A stretch of DNA of 64,000 bases from Rhabdothermincola salaria. GTDB taxonomy: Bacteria > Actinomycetota > Acidimicrobiia > Acidimicrobiales > Acidimicrobilacustridaceae. This document shows, piece after piece, positions 18,309 to 26,893 of the stretch (within the stretch, counting starts at the first letter, position 1; every line of letters starts with the position of its first letter). The translations under genes were made by a program, and so were the position numbers. The stretch covers positions 1,816,168 through 1,880,167 of the forward strand of contig NZ_JAJQXW010000001.1 of assembly GCF_021246445.1 (NCBI RefSeq), in the 5' to 3' direction. Below the pieces are notes generated by a model. It saw nothing but the letters and a program-made list of their open reading frames with translations. It made no database searches and was not told the DNA's origin.

Positions 18309-19082
18309 ATGACCGACGGCCGCTTCGACGACAAGGTGGCGATCGTGACCGGTGCCGGACGAGGGATGGGCGAGGCCATCGCCCGCCGCCTGGTCGCCGA
18401 AGGGGCGAGGGTGGTGCTCACCGACGTGCTCACCGACGAGGGGGAGGCGGTGGCCGCCGACCTCGGCGGCGCGGCGCGGTTCCTCACCCACGACGTCACC
18501 GACGCCGATGGCTGGACGGCGGCGGTGGAGCTGGCCGGCACCGCCTTCGGGCGCCTCGACGTGTTGGTCAACAACGCCGGCGTCTACTGGCGGCGCCCCC
18601 TCGAGGACGAGACCGCCGACCGGTTGCGCCGGGCGTTCGACGTCAACGCCATCGGCCCGTTCCTCGGCCTGCAGGCCGTCCTCCCGGCGTTCCGCCAGCA
18701 CGGAGGCGGGGCGGTCGTGAACGTGGTGTCCCTCGCCTCGGTGCACGGCTACGCGTGGCAGGGCGCCTACGGCGCGTCGAAGTGGGCCCTGCGGGGCCTC
18801 ACCCGCACCGCGGCCCAGGAGCTCGGGCCCGAGGGCGTCCGCGTCAACGCGGTGATGCCCGGGCCCATCGAGACGTCGATGCTGCCGCCGGACACCACCG
18901 GCATGGGCGACGCCCGCTTCGCGGGCATCCCCCTGCAACGGGCCGGCCAACCCGAGGAGGTGGCCTCGGTCGTCTGCTACCTGGCCTCCGACGACGCCTC
19001 GTACGTGTCGGGCGCCGAGGTCGTGGTCGACGGCGGATCGTCGTCGGCGCCGGCCGCCACCCCGCGCCCCACGGGGGACTGA
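18309..19082 (+). CDS. SDR oxidoreductase (3-alpha,20-beta-HSD-like)
   Basis: TGAGRGMG, NNAG, YGASKWALRG. Confidence 0.92.
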   Translation: MTDGRFDDKVAIVTGAGRGMGEAIARRLVAEGARVVLTDVLTDEGEAVAADLGGAARFLTHDVTDADGWTAAVELAGTAFGRLDVLVNNAGVYWRRPLEDETADRLRRAFDVNAIGPFLGLQAVLPAFRQHGGGAVVNVVSLASVHGYAWQGAYGASKWALRGLTRTAAQELGPEGVRVNAVMPGPIETSMLPPDTTGMGDARFAGIPLQRAGQPEEVASVVCYLASDDASYVSGAEVVVDGGSSSAPAATPRPTGD

Positions 19083-19720
19083 TGGTGGGCCCCGACGCCG
19101 CCGATCCCAGCCGGACCACCGACGATCCCGGCCCACCCACCGACGCCGGCCAGACCCCCGACGCCGGCCGGCCTGCGCAGTCGGCCCGGGCCACCGATCC
19201 CGCGACCCTGGCCCGCCTGGTCGACGTCGAGGCCATCCGCGACGTGGTGCGCCACTACTGCCGGGGCATCGACCGCATGGACCTGGCCCTGGTGCGCTCC
19301 TGCTACCACCCCGACGCCATCGACGACCACGGCACGTTCGTGGGCACCGTCGACGAGTACCTGGCCTGGGTCGAGCGCCTGCTCGGCCGCTACGACGCCA
19401 CCTTCCACCTGGTCGCCAACCAGCTGGTGGAGGTCGAGGGCGACCTGGCCCGATCCGAGACCTACGGCATCGCCCACCACCGCTCGAGCGATCCCGACCC
19501 GAAGCTGAACCTCACCATCGGCTTCCGGTTCCTCGACCGCTTCGAACGCCGCGACGCCAACGGATGGCGCATCGCCCGGCGGGTGGCCACCACCGAGTGG
19601 GTGCAGGCCGTGACCCCCGAGCAGGCCTGGCCGATCCCCGACGGCATCGGGGTCGGCCGTCGCGGTCCTGACGACCCCCTCTACGGCCTCGTCCCCGGGT
19701 TCCCCACCCACGGCGCCTGA
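19082..19720 (+). CDS. NTF2/SnoaL-like protein (LinA/BaiE-like)
   Basis: YCRGIDRMD, YHPDAIDDHG, RFLDRFERRD..WRIARR; TGATG coupling with SDR. Confidence 0.88.
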   Translation: MVGPDAADPSRTTDDPGPPTDAGQTPDAGRPAQSARATDPATLARLVDVEAIRDVVRHYCRGIDRMDLALVRSCYHPDAIDDHGTFVGTVDEYLAWVERLLGRYDATFHLVANQLVEVEGDLARSETYGIAHHRSSDPDPKLNLTIGFRFLDRFERRDANGWRIARRVATTEWVQAVTPEQAWPIPDGIGVGRRGPDDPLYGLVPGFPTHGA

Positions 19721-19751
19721 TCGCCCCTCACCCGGGAGGGCGAACAGGGGG

Positions 19752-19788
19752 TTGACCAACTCACTCTCGTTAGGCAGACTTAACGGAA
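19752..19788 (+). promoter_or_regulatory. Promoter of bfd-bfr overlapped by a putative IdeR/DtxR iron box
   Basis: TTGACC-N17-CAGACT; TTAGGCAGACTTAACGGAA (19770-19788) matches 13/19 of TWAGGTWAGSCTWACCTWA. Confidence 0.6.
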
Positions 19789-19835
19789 GCGTTCGGATCA
19801 CCGAATGCCTCGAGTTCGCCACAGGTGGGTCCCGC

Positions 19836-20042
19836 GTGATCATCTGCCACTGTCGAGGAGTCAACGACCGCAAGGTCCGCAAGGCCGTCGACAAGGGCGC
19901 GCGCACGATCGACGAGATCGGTGACGTCTGTGGTGCCGGCACCCGCTGCGGCGGATGCCATCCGGCTCTGGCAGAGTTGCTGGCAGCCCGCACCGGCCAG
20001 CCGGTCGAGCAGATCTACGGAATCCGCGTCGCCGTCGCCTGA
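19836..20042 (+). CDS. bfd: Bacterioferritin-associated [2Fe-2S] ferredoxin
   Basis: IICHCRGV..GAGTRCGGC; immediately upstream of bfr. Confidence 0.92.
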   Translation: MIICHCRGVNDRKVRKAVDKGARTIDEIGDVCGAGTRCGGCHPALAELLAARTGQPVEQIYGIRVAVA

Positions 20043-20078
20043 TTTCAGGGGCGGCCCACCCCCCTGGGAGCGAACCTC

Positions 20079-20552
20079 GTGAACGGCAACCCCGACGTCA
20101 TCGAGATCCTCAACGAGGTCCTGACCGCCGAGCTCACGGCGATCAACCAGTACTTCATCGACGGCAAGATGTGCGAGAACTGGGGCTACGAGCGCCTCGG
20201 CCACCAGTTCCGCGACGAGTCGATCGACGAGATGAAGGACGCCGAGGCCCTCATCGAGCGCATCCTCTACCTCGACGGCGTACCCAACCTGCAGCGCCTG
20301 GGCGCGGTGCGGGTGGGCGAGACCGTCCCCGAGAAGCTCAAGCTGGCCCTCGAGGTGGAGACGGAGGCCGTCGAGCGCCTCACCCGGGGCATCGAGCTGT
20401 GCAGCGACCGCCACGACCACGGCTCGCGGGAGCTGCTCGAGCACATCCTCGAGGGCGAGGAGGAGCACGCCGACTGGCTGGACGCCCAGCTCAACCTCAT
20501 CGAGCAGCTCGGCGTCGAGAACTACCTGACCCAGCAGATCCACAAGAGCTGA
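20079..20552 (+). CDS. bfr: Bacterioferritin
   Basis: [38 protein letters not shown]. Confidence 0.96.
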   Translation: MNGNPDVIEILNEVLTAELTAINQYFIDGKMCENWGYERLGHQFRDESIDEMKDAEALIERILYLDGVPNLQRLGAVRVGETVPEKLKLALEVETEAVERLTRGIELCSDRHDHGSRELLEHILEGEEEHADWLDAQLNLIEQLGVENYLTQQIHKS

Positions 20553-20636
20553 GCCCTCCCGACGGTCGATGACGCCGTCCGGCCGGGACCACCACGGGTC
20601 CCCGACCGGGCGGCGTCGCCGCGCCAGGCTGGGACC

Positions 20637-20825
20637 ATGGCCGAACCACCCACCACTGCGCATCCCGGGCCCACCCCGGTGAGCGCCGCCGCCCCTCCGG
20701 CCGGCTGCGCCCGATCACCGCTCGGCACGTTCATCGACTGCCCCCACTGCGGCGGCGACATGGCTCCCGAGCACGCCCACTTCCGTTGCACCGGGTGCGG
20801 GTGGCGCGACTCCTGCTGCGACTGA
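20637..20825 (+). CDS. Small zinc-ribbon-like protein (62 aa)
   Basis: CPHC-x12-CTGC-x5-CCD; CAGGCT hexamer 6 nt before ATG. Confidence 0.6.
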   Translation: MAEPPTTAHPGPTPVSAAAPPAGCARSPLGTFIDCPHCGGDMAPEHAHFRCTGCGWRDSCCD

Positions 20826-20951
20826 CCGCGGCGGAGGACGCTCGGCCCGATCCTGCGGGACAGGCCCCCGACCCGACGGCGTAGAGTGCGACGTCGGTCA
20901 CCCGGAGGTCGGGTGCCGTTCACCGATTCGCCAGGTCCAGGGGGGCACCAC

Positions 20952-22055
20952 ATGCCGGTCGAAGGTCAACGCGATCCCGCAGAGGTCAAGGTCGCACTCG
21001 AGCGGTGGCTCGCCGACAAGATGCCCGAAGCGTCCGGCGTGGAGATCACCAGCCTCGAGGTGCCGCAGTCGAGCGGCTTCTCCAACGAGACGTTCCTGCT
21101 CGACGCCCGCTGGACCAACCCCGACGGCACCGACGAGGCCGCCGAGCTGGTGCTGCGCAGCCAGCCCCTGGTGCACAAGCTGTTCCCGGAGAGCGAACTG
21201 CTGGCCCACCAGTACGAGGTCATGCAGGCCCTGTACGACACCGACGTGCCCGTGCCCCGCACCCGGTGGGCCGAGGACGACCCGGCGGTGCTGGGCGCCC
21301 CGTTCTTCGTGATGGACCGCCTCCACGGGCTGGTCCCGGGCGACGCCCCGCCCTACACGGTCGAGGGCTTCGTGGTCGACATGACCGTCGACGAGCGCAA
21401 CGAGTGGCACCGCAACGCGGTCGAGGTGCTCACCCGGGTGGGCAAGGTCGACTGGCAGGCCGTGGGCCTGCACCACCTCGACCAGACCCACCACGGCGAG
21501 CTCGGACCGGAGCAGCGGCGCAACTACTTCGCCAGCTATCTGGAGTGGGCCACCAAGGGCGAGCAGCACCCGATCGCCCACCCGGCGTTCGAGTGGCTGA
21601 TGGCCAACTGGCCCGACGACGGCGAGCACACCGCCCTGTGCTGGGGCGACGCCCGCCCCGGCAACCAGATGTACCGCGGCACCGAGGTCATCGGGGTCTT
21701 CGACTGGGAGATGGTGTCGCTCGGCAACCCCGAGTCCGATCTCGGGTGGTGGCTCTTCCTGCAGCGCTACTCCACCGAGGGCAACGGTGCACCGCTCCTC
21801 GAGGGCATGCTCGACCGGGCCCAGACGATCGCCGAGTGGGAGCGCCACATGGGCCGCCCGGCCACGCACGTCGACTTCTACGAGGTGCTCGGCGGCTTCC
21901 AGTTCTGCCTCGTCATGGTGAAGCTGGCCGAGATGTACTCCATGTCGTTGGGTCCCGCGGCGCTCACCATGGCCGTGCACAACCCGGTGGCCGCCATCAC
22001 CGCCGAGCTGATCGGCATCGACATGCCGCCCGCTCCGGAGCCGGCCTCGGCCTGA
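20952..22055 (+). CDS. APH-family phosphotransferase
   Basis: GFSNET, LGAPFFVM, WGDARPGN, DWEM. Confidence 0.92.
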   Translation: MPVEGQRDPAEVKVALERWLADKMPEASGVEITSLEVPQSSGFSNETFLLDARWTNPDGTDEAAELVLRSQPLVHKLFPESELLAHQYEVMQALYDTDVPVPRTRWAEDDPAVLGAPFFVMDRLHGLVPGDAPPYTVEGFVVDMTVDERNEWHRNAVEVLTRVGKVDWQAVGLHHLDQTHHGELGPEQRRNYFASYLEWATKGEQHPIAHPAFEWLMANWPDDGEHTALCWGDARPGNQMYRGTEVIGVFDWEMVSLGNPESDLGWWLFLQRYSTEGNGAPLLEGMLDRAQTIAEWERHMGRPATHVDFYEVLGGFQFCLVMVKLAEMYSMSLGPAALTMAVHNPVAAITAELIGIDMPPAPEPASA

Positions 22056-22137
22056 GGCCGGCCTCCCGCCGAGGTCACTCCCGACCTCGGACCGTCTCCC
22101 CGTCGCGCCCCGCCGGGGCGCCCTCGAAGCCGATGGA

Positions 22138-23187
22138 GTGCCGTCGTTGAAGTTCTCGTTGTCGTTGCCGTTGCTGAAGGACCTGTCGGCCCCGGACCCG
22201 TTCCGGGAGACCTTCGACCTCGCCGTGCTGGCGGAGGAGTGCGGCTTCGACACGGTCACCATCGGCCACCACCACTTCATGCCGGGCAACATGGCCGACC
22301 CCCTCACCTTCCTCGCCGCGGTGGCGGCGCGCACCTCCACGCTCCGGGTGGGCACCGGCATCTTCCAGCTGCCCGTGCACAACCCGGTGCGGGTGGCCGA
22401 GCAGGTGGCCACCATCGACCAGCTGTCCGGTGGGCGCATCTCGCTCGGAGTGGGGCTCGGGTGGTGGCCCCTCGAGTACCAGGTGCACGGGTCGGACTTC
22501 CGCCAGCGCGGCGCCCGCATGGAGGAGGCCCTGCGCATCCTCAAGCTGGTGTGGACCGAGGAGGAGACCTCCTACGACGGCCGCTTCTGGTCGTTCCCCG
22601 AGCTCACCGTGCACCCCCGCCCGGTGCAGGACCCGCACCCGCCGTTGTGGGTGGCCGGCGTGGCCGACGCCGCCGTGGACCGGGCCGCCCGGTTGGGCGA
22701 CGCCTGGTTGTGCGGGCCGGTGCAGTCACTCGGCAAGGCCCTGTCGTGCCTGGAGGTCTACCGGGCGTCGTGCGCGGCGGCCGGCACCACGCCGGACTGG
22801 GTGCTGCGGCGCTACGCGTGGGTGGGCGCCGACCGTCGCCAGGTGATGGACGAGGTGCTGCCCGAGTACGTGGGCGGGCTCATGGAGCACTGGCGCGAGT
22901 CGGTGGAGGACGACGAGGAGAAGGCCCTCTTCGCCCGCATCGACGCCGGCGAGGACGTGCCCGCCGAGGAGATCGCCGCCGACCGCCTGCTCTTCGGCGC
23001 CCCCGACGACGTCATCGCCCAGGTCCAGCGCTACCGCGACCTCACCGGCTGCGAGCACGTGCACGCCGCCTTCGGCGCCGGGCTGCCCGGAGCCAGCGCC
23101 AAGGCCTCGCTCGGCGGGTTCGACGACATCGCTGAGATGATCCGCCTCTACGGCCGCGAAGTCATCCCCGCCTTCCCCACCACCTGA
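22138..23187 (+). CDS. LLM-class flavin-dependent oxidoreductase
   Basis: AEECGFD, HHF, AAVAARTSTLRVGT, VAEQVATIDQLSGGR, PRPVQDPHPPLW. Confidence 0.92.
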   Translation: MPSLKFSLSLPLLKDLSAPDPFRETFDLAVLAEECGFDTVTIGHHHFMPGNMADPLTFLAAVAARTSTLRVGTGIFQLPVHNPVRVAEQVATIDQLSGGRISLGVGLGWWPLEYQVHGSDFRQRGARMEEALRILKLVWTEEETSYDGRFWSFPELTVHPRPVQDPHPPLWVAGVADAAVDRAARLGDAWLCGPVQSLGKALSCLEVYRASCAAAGTTPDWVLRRYAWVGADRRQVMDEVLPEYVGGLMEHWRESVEDDEEKALFARIDAGEDVPAEEIAADRLLFGAPDDVIAQVQRYRDLTGCEHVHAAFGAGLPGASAKASLGGFDDIAEMIRLYGREVIPAFPTT

Positions 23188-23457
23188 CCAGCGAACCGGC
23201 TCGACCCAGCCGCCCGCCGACCGGGGTGTGGCCGGGCACCGAGACGGCGCGGGCCAGCCCGCCGACCCCGCCGAGCCCGCCGCCCGACCACGAGATCCAT
23301 CTTCCCAGACCCCTGCGACACGAACGTCCGTACGGGCCGACGGGGCCCGGGCCGGGCGGGGATGCGGCGGGCCCGCCGGGCCGATGCGTCCGGCCGTGCG
23401 ACGGCGGGTGTCGACGCTCGACCGTGGCCGGCAGAAGCCGGCGACCGTCAGCCGTCG

Positions 23458-23880
23458 TCAGCGGCCGAGCATCCCGTACGCATGGGTGGGACGCAGGCGC
23501 AGCACCAGGCGCTGGTCGGCCACCATGGCGGCGCGGTACTCGTCCCAGTCGCCGTGCTCGCCCTGCATGGCGCGGTACAGCTCGACGAGCTCGTCGACGG
23601 TGGCGTCGTGGGGATCGGTGGCCACGGGGCTCAGGTCGGCGTCGCCCTCCACCACCACGTAGGACCAGAAGTCGTCGGCGCTCACGTGCAGCGACACCCG
23701 GGGGTCGCGTCGCATGTTGCGGGTCTTGGCCCGGTCGTCGGTGACGCTGACGCGTACGACATCGTCGTCGCCGACCACGTAGATGATGTTCGAGCTCTGC
23801 GGGCGGCCGTCGGACTTGAGGGTGACGAGCACCCCGTTGCGACGTTCGCGGAGGTAGGCCATGGCGGCGGTGAGGTCCAT
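23458..23880 (-). CDS. PPOX-class F420-dependent oxidoreductase
   Basis: VTLKSDGRPQSS, RAKTRNMRRDPRVSL, WSYVVVEG. Confidence 0.9.
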   Translation of the reverse strand: MDLTAAMAYLRERRNGVLVTLKSDGRPQSSNIIYVVGDDDVVRVSVTDDRAKTRNMRRDPRVSLHVSADDFWSYVVVEGDADLSPVATDPHDATVDELVELYRAMQGEHGDWDEYRAAMVADQRLVLRLRPTHAYGMLGR

Positions 23881-23963
23881 GGACTGGCCAACGCCGCCCG
23901 GCCCCGGCGGCATTCCGCTCGGGAAGGCGGAACATTTGCGCGCGCAATGACGTTGGAGGAGAC

Positions 23964-24926
23964 ATGCCCGCCATCACCGTCACCGACCCCCTGGTGCTCC
24001 CCCGCCTCACCCGGCCGGGGCCCGACGTGACCCCGCGCCCGGTGCGCGACGTGATCGCCGCGCACCACGCCGTCGAGGGTGCCGGCTTCGAGGTGTGGCG
24101 CCCCTTCCCCGGCGGGGTGCACACCGCCGACAGCGACCCCTTCTTCCTCCTCGACCAGCTCGGTCCGGTGGACTACGCCCCCAACGAGCCCGTCGGCGCG
24201 CCGTGGCACCCCCACCGGGGGTTCGAGACGGTCACCTACGTGCTCGACGGGGTCATCGAGCACCACGACTCCCACGGTGGGGGCGGCGTCATCGGCGAGG
24301 GCGACACCCAGTGGATGACGGCCGGCGCCGGGATCCTGCACGACGAGGTGCCCACCGAGGCCTTCACCCGCTCGGGCGGACGCACCCACGGGGTGCAGCT
24401 GTGGGTGAACCTGCCGGCACGCGACAAGTTCGCCGAGCCCCGCTACCAGGCCATCGGCCGCAACGACCTCACCCTGCTCTCCAGCCCCGACGGCGGCGCC
24501 CTCGTGCGCCTCATCGCCGGCGACCTCGACGGCCACGAGGGCCCCGGCTCGACCTACACGCCCATCACCTACGCCCATGTCAGCCTCCAGCCGGGCGCCA
24601 CGCTGGAGCTGAACTGGAACCCGGCGTTCAACGCCATGGCCTACGTGCTCGGCGGCCACGGCTTCGCCGGCACCGAACGCCGACCGGTCGACAACCACCA
24701 GTTGGCCCTGTTCGGCCCGGGCGACGCCCTGCGCATCGAGGCCGCCGGCCACCAGACCGACGAGTTCCCCCAGCTCGAGGTGCTGGTGCTGGGCGGGCTG
24801 CCCATCAAGGAGCCCGTCGCCCACTACGGCCCGTTCCTCATGAACACCCGGGCGCAGCTGCTCGAGGCGGTCGAGGACTTCAACGCGGGCCGCCTCGGCA
24901 CCGTCCCCGCCCGCCCCCGGTCCTGA
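23964..24926 (+). CDS. Pirin family protein
   Basis: HPHRGFETVTY, WMTAGAGILHDE, QLWVNLP, YGPFLMNT. Confidence 0.95.
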   Translation: MPAITVTDPLVLPRLTRPGPDVTPRPVRDVIAAHHAVEGAGFEVWRPFPGGVHTADSDPFFLLDQLGPVDYAPNEPVGAPWHPHRGFETVTYVLDGVIEHHDSHGGGGVIGEGDTQWMTAGAGILHDEVPTEAFTRSGGRTHGVQLWVNLPARDKFAEPRYQAIGRNDLTLLSSPDGGALVRLIAGDLDGHEGPGSTYTPITYAHVSLQPGATLELNWNPAFNAMAYVLGGHGFAGTERRPVDNHQLALFGPGDALRIEAAGHQTDEFPQLEVLVLGGLPIKEPVAHYGPFLMNTRAQLLEAVEDFNAGRLGTVPARPRS

Positions 24927-24990
24927 CCGGGGCCGCCGCCGGTCGGCCCGAGCCCAGCACGGGCGATGCGGTCGCCCTACTGTGCCGCGC

Positions 24991-25800
24991 ATGGCCACCG
25001 ACCTGGACCGATCCGCCGCGGCCACCCCCGAGGAACAGGGCCGCCTGAGCAACCTGCGCGCCTGGAACCTCGGCGTGGGGGTGGTGCACCTCGCCCAGGG
25101 CGTGGCGATCCTGGTGCTCAGCACCTCGTTCGCCATCCCCATCGTCGCCAACGTGCCCACCGGGCCGCCGGGTGCCCCCATCACCGACTCGGTGACCTTC
25201 TTCGACTTCAGCCTGCCCCTGGGCATCGCCCTCTTCTTGTTCCTCGCCGCCGCCGACCACCTGTTGATGGTCGTTCCCCCGGTGCGGCAGTGGTACGAGG
25301 CCAACCTGCGCCGGGGTCGCAACTACGCCCGCTGGATCGAGTACTCGGTGAGCGCCTCGCTGATGATCGTGCTGATCGGGCTGCTCACCGGGATCAACGA
25401 CCTCTATGCCGTGATCGCCCTCTTCGGCGTCAACGCCGCCATGATCCTGTTCGGACTGGTGATGGAGCAGGTCAACCCCGAAGACCGTGAGTCGGTGAAC
25501 TGGTGGCCGTTCGTGTTCGGCTGCATCGCCGGCATCGTGCCCTGGATCGTCATCACCATCTCGCTCATCACGGCGACCCAGCAGGCCGGTGACGGTGACG
25601 GGGTGCCCACCTTCGTCTACGTGATCTTCGTGACCCTGTTCGTGCTGTTCAACACCTTCGCCATCAACCAGTGGCTGCAGTACCGGGGCAAGGGACGCTT
25701 CGCCGACTACCTGTACGGCGAGAAGGTGTACCTGGTGCTGAGCCTGACGGCCAAGACGGCCCTGGCCTGGCAGATCTTCGGCGGCACCCTGGCCGACTGA
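24991..25800 (+). CDS. heR: Heliorhodopsin
   Basis: 7 TM; WN..HLAQ, GPPG loop, RWIEYSVSAS, GEKVYLVLSLTAK (retinal Lys in SxxAK); TACTGT -10 7 nt before ATG. Confidence 0.95.
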   Translation: MATDLDRSAAATPEEQGRLSNLRAWNLGVGVVHLAQGVAILVLSTSFAIPIVANVPTGPPGAPITDSVTFFDFSLPLGIALFLFLAAADHLLMVVPPVRQWYEANLRRGRNYARWIEYSVSASLMIVLIGLLTGINDLYAVIALFGVNAAMILFGLVMEQVNPEDRESVNWWPFVFGCIAGIVPWIVITISLITATQQAGDGDGVPTFVYVIFVTLFVLFNTFAINQWLQYRGKGRFADYLYGEKVYLVLSLTAKTALAWQIFGGTLAD

Positions 25801-26074
25801 CGCTCAGTCGGGGGACGGATCGCGAACCCGCTCGGGCAACAACAGCACGGCGCCGACGAGGAAGCGGCGAGCGTAGAGGTCGGAGGGCATCAGCCGGCGC
25901 CGCACGGCCGGTCCCGACGGGCCGAGTCGACGGCGTGATCGGGACGGTCGATGCGGAGGAGCGCCACGGTCTGGGGGATGCAGGGGTGGTGCACGAGGAG
26001 ACGGCGGCCGCCGTGGCGTCGGCGGGGCGGTTGGGCCATGGTGGGGGTCGAGAGCTCCGAGGAAGGGACCGAGG

Positions 26075-26842
26075 ATGGGCACCAAGTCGGCGAAGACCGC
26101 TCCGGACGTGCGCACCATGCGCCGGGCGCTGGAGGTGCCCGCCGACGCCGAGACCTTCGCCGAGGACGAGCTGCTGGGCCTACCCGACCCGGTGGCCCGG
26201 TGGTTCCGGGCCGCCATCGCGCCGGGGGTCCCGCTGGCTCGGGCCGTGCACCTGACCATGGCCGGTCACATCCGCCTCGGCGAGCGGTGGTGGCCGTTCC
26301 GGGCGACCGAGACCCTCGCGCCGGGCCTCGGGTTCGTGTGGCCGGCCTCGGTGCGGGGGGTCATCCGGGGCTCGGACCACTTCTTCGACGGCCAGGGAGC
26401 GCTCGACTGGCGCCTCCTCGGGCGCAAGGTGGTCGTGCACGCCGACGGTCCGGACGTCAGCCGCTCCGCCGCCGGGCGCGGCGCGGCCGAGTCGGTGTGG
26501 GCGCCCACCGCCCTGCTCCCCCGCTTCGGGACGACGTGGCGGGCCCTCGACGACAGCCACCTGGTCGTCACCTGCTCGATGGGCGACGAGACCGTCGACG
26601 TGCACCTCCACGTCGACGCCGACGGACGGTTGCTGCGGTTCTGGTTCGAGCGGTGGGGCGACCCCGACGAGTCCGGCACGTGGCGGCGGGTGCCGTTCGG
26701 CGGCGATGCCCTGGGCTGGGCCACCTTCGACGGGGTCACCATCGCCAACGAGGGCCGCATCGGCTGGTGGTACGGCTCGCCCCGCTTCGCCGAGGGGGAG
26801 TTCTTCCGCTACCAGATCACCGACCTCGAACTGGTGCGCTGA
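26075..26842 (+). CDS. DUF6544/DUF6920-like conserved protein
   Basis: LPDPVARWF, GFVWPA, AESVWAPTALLP, RWGDPD, EGEFFR. Confidence 0.75.
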   Translation: MGTKSAKTAPDVRTMRRALEVPADAETFAEDELLGLPDPVARWFRAAIAPGVPLARAVHLTMAGHIRLGERWWPFRATETLAPGLGFVWPASVRGVIRGSDHFFDGQGALDWRLLGRKVVVHADGPDVSRSAAGRGAAESVWAPTALLPRFGTTWRALDDSHLVVTCSMGDETVDVHLHVDADGRLLRFWFERWGDPDESGTWRRVPFGGDALGWATFDGVTIANEGRIGWWYGSPRFAEGEFFRYQITDLELVR

Positions 26843-26893
26843 GGCCGGAGCCCCTCGGTCGGGCTGGCACGGGACGATCTCAGGCGGGGCGGC

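Noticed and set aside
20823..20825. TGA after CCD as a second Sec codon
   Set aside because: No Cys-aligned motif or convincing downstream coding continuation seen
23188..23457. 270-bp gap between convergent genes as ncRNA
   Set aside because: No recognisable RNA family motif; GC-rich pairing is expected by chance
25801..26074. Small ORFs between heR and the DUF6544-like gene
   Set aside because: No frame with convincing composition or motif
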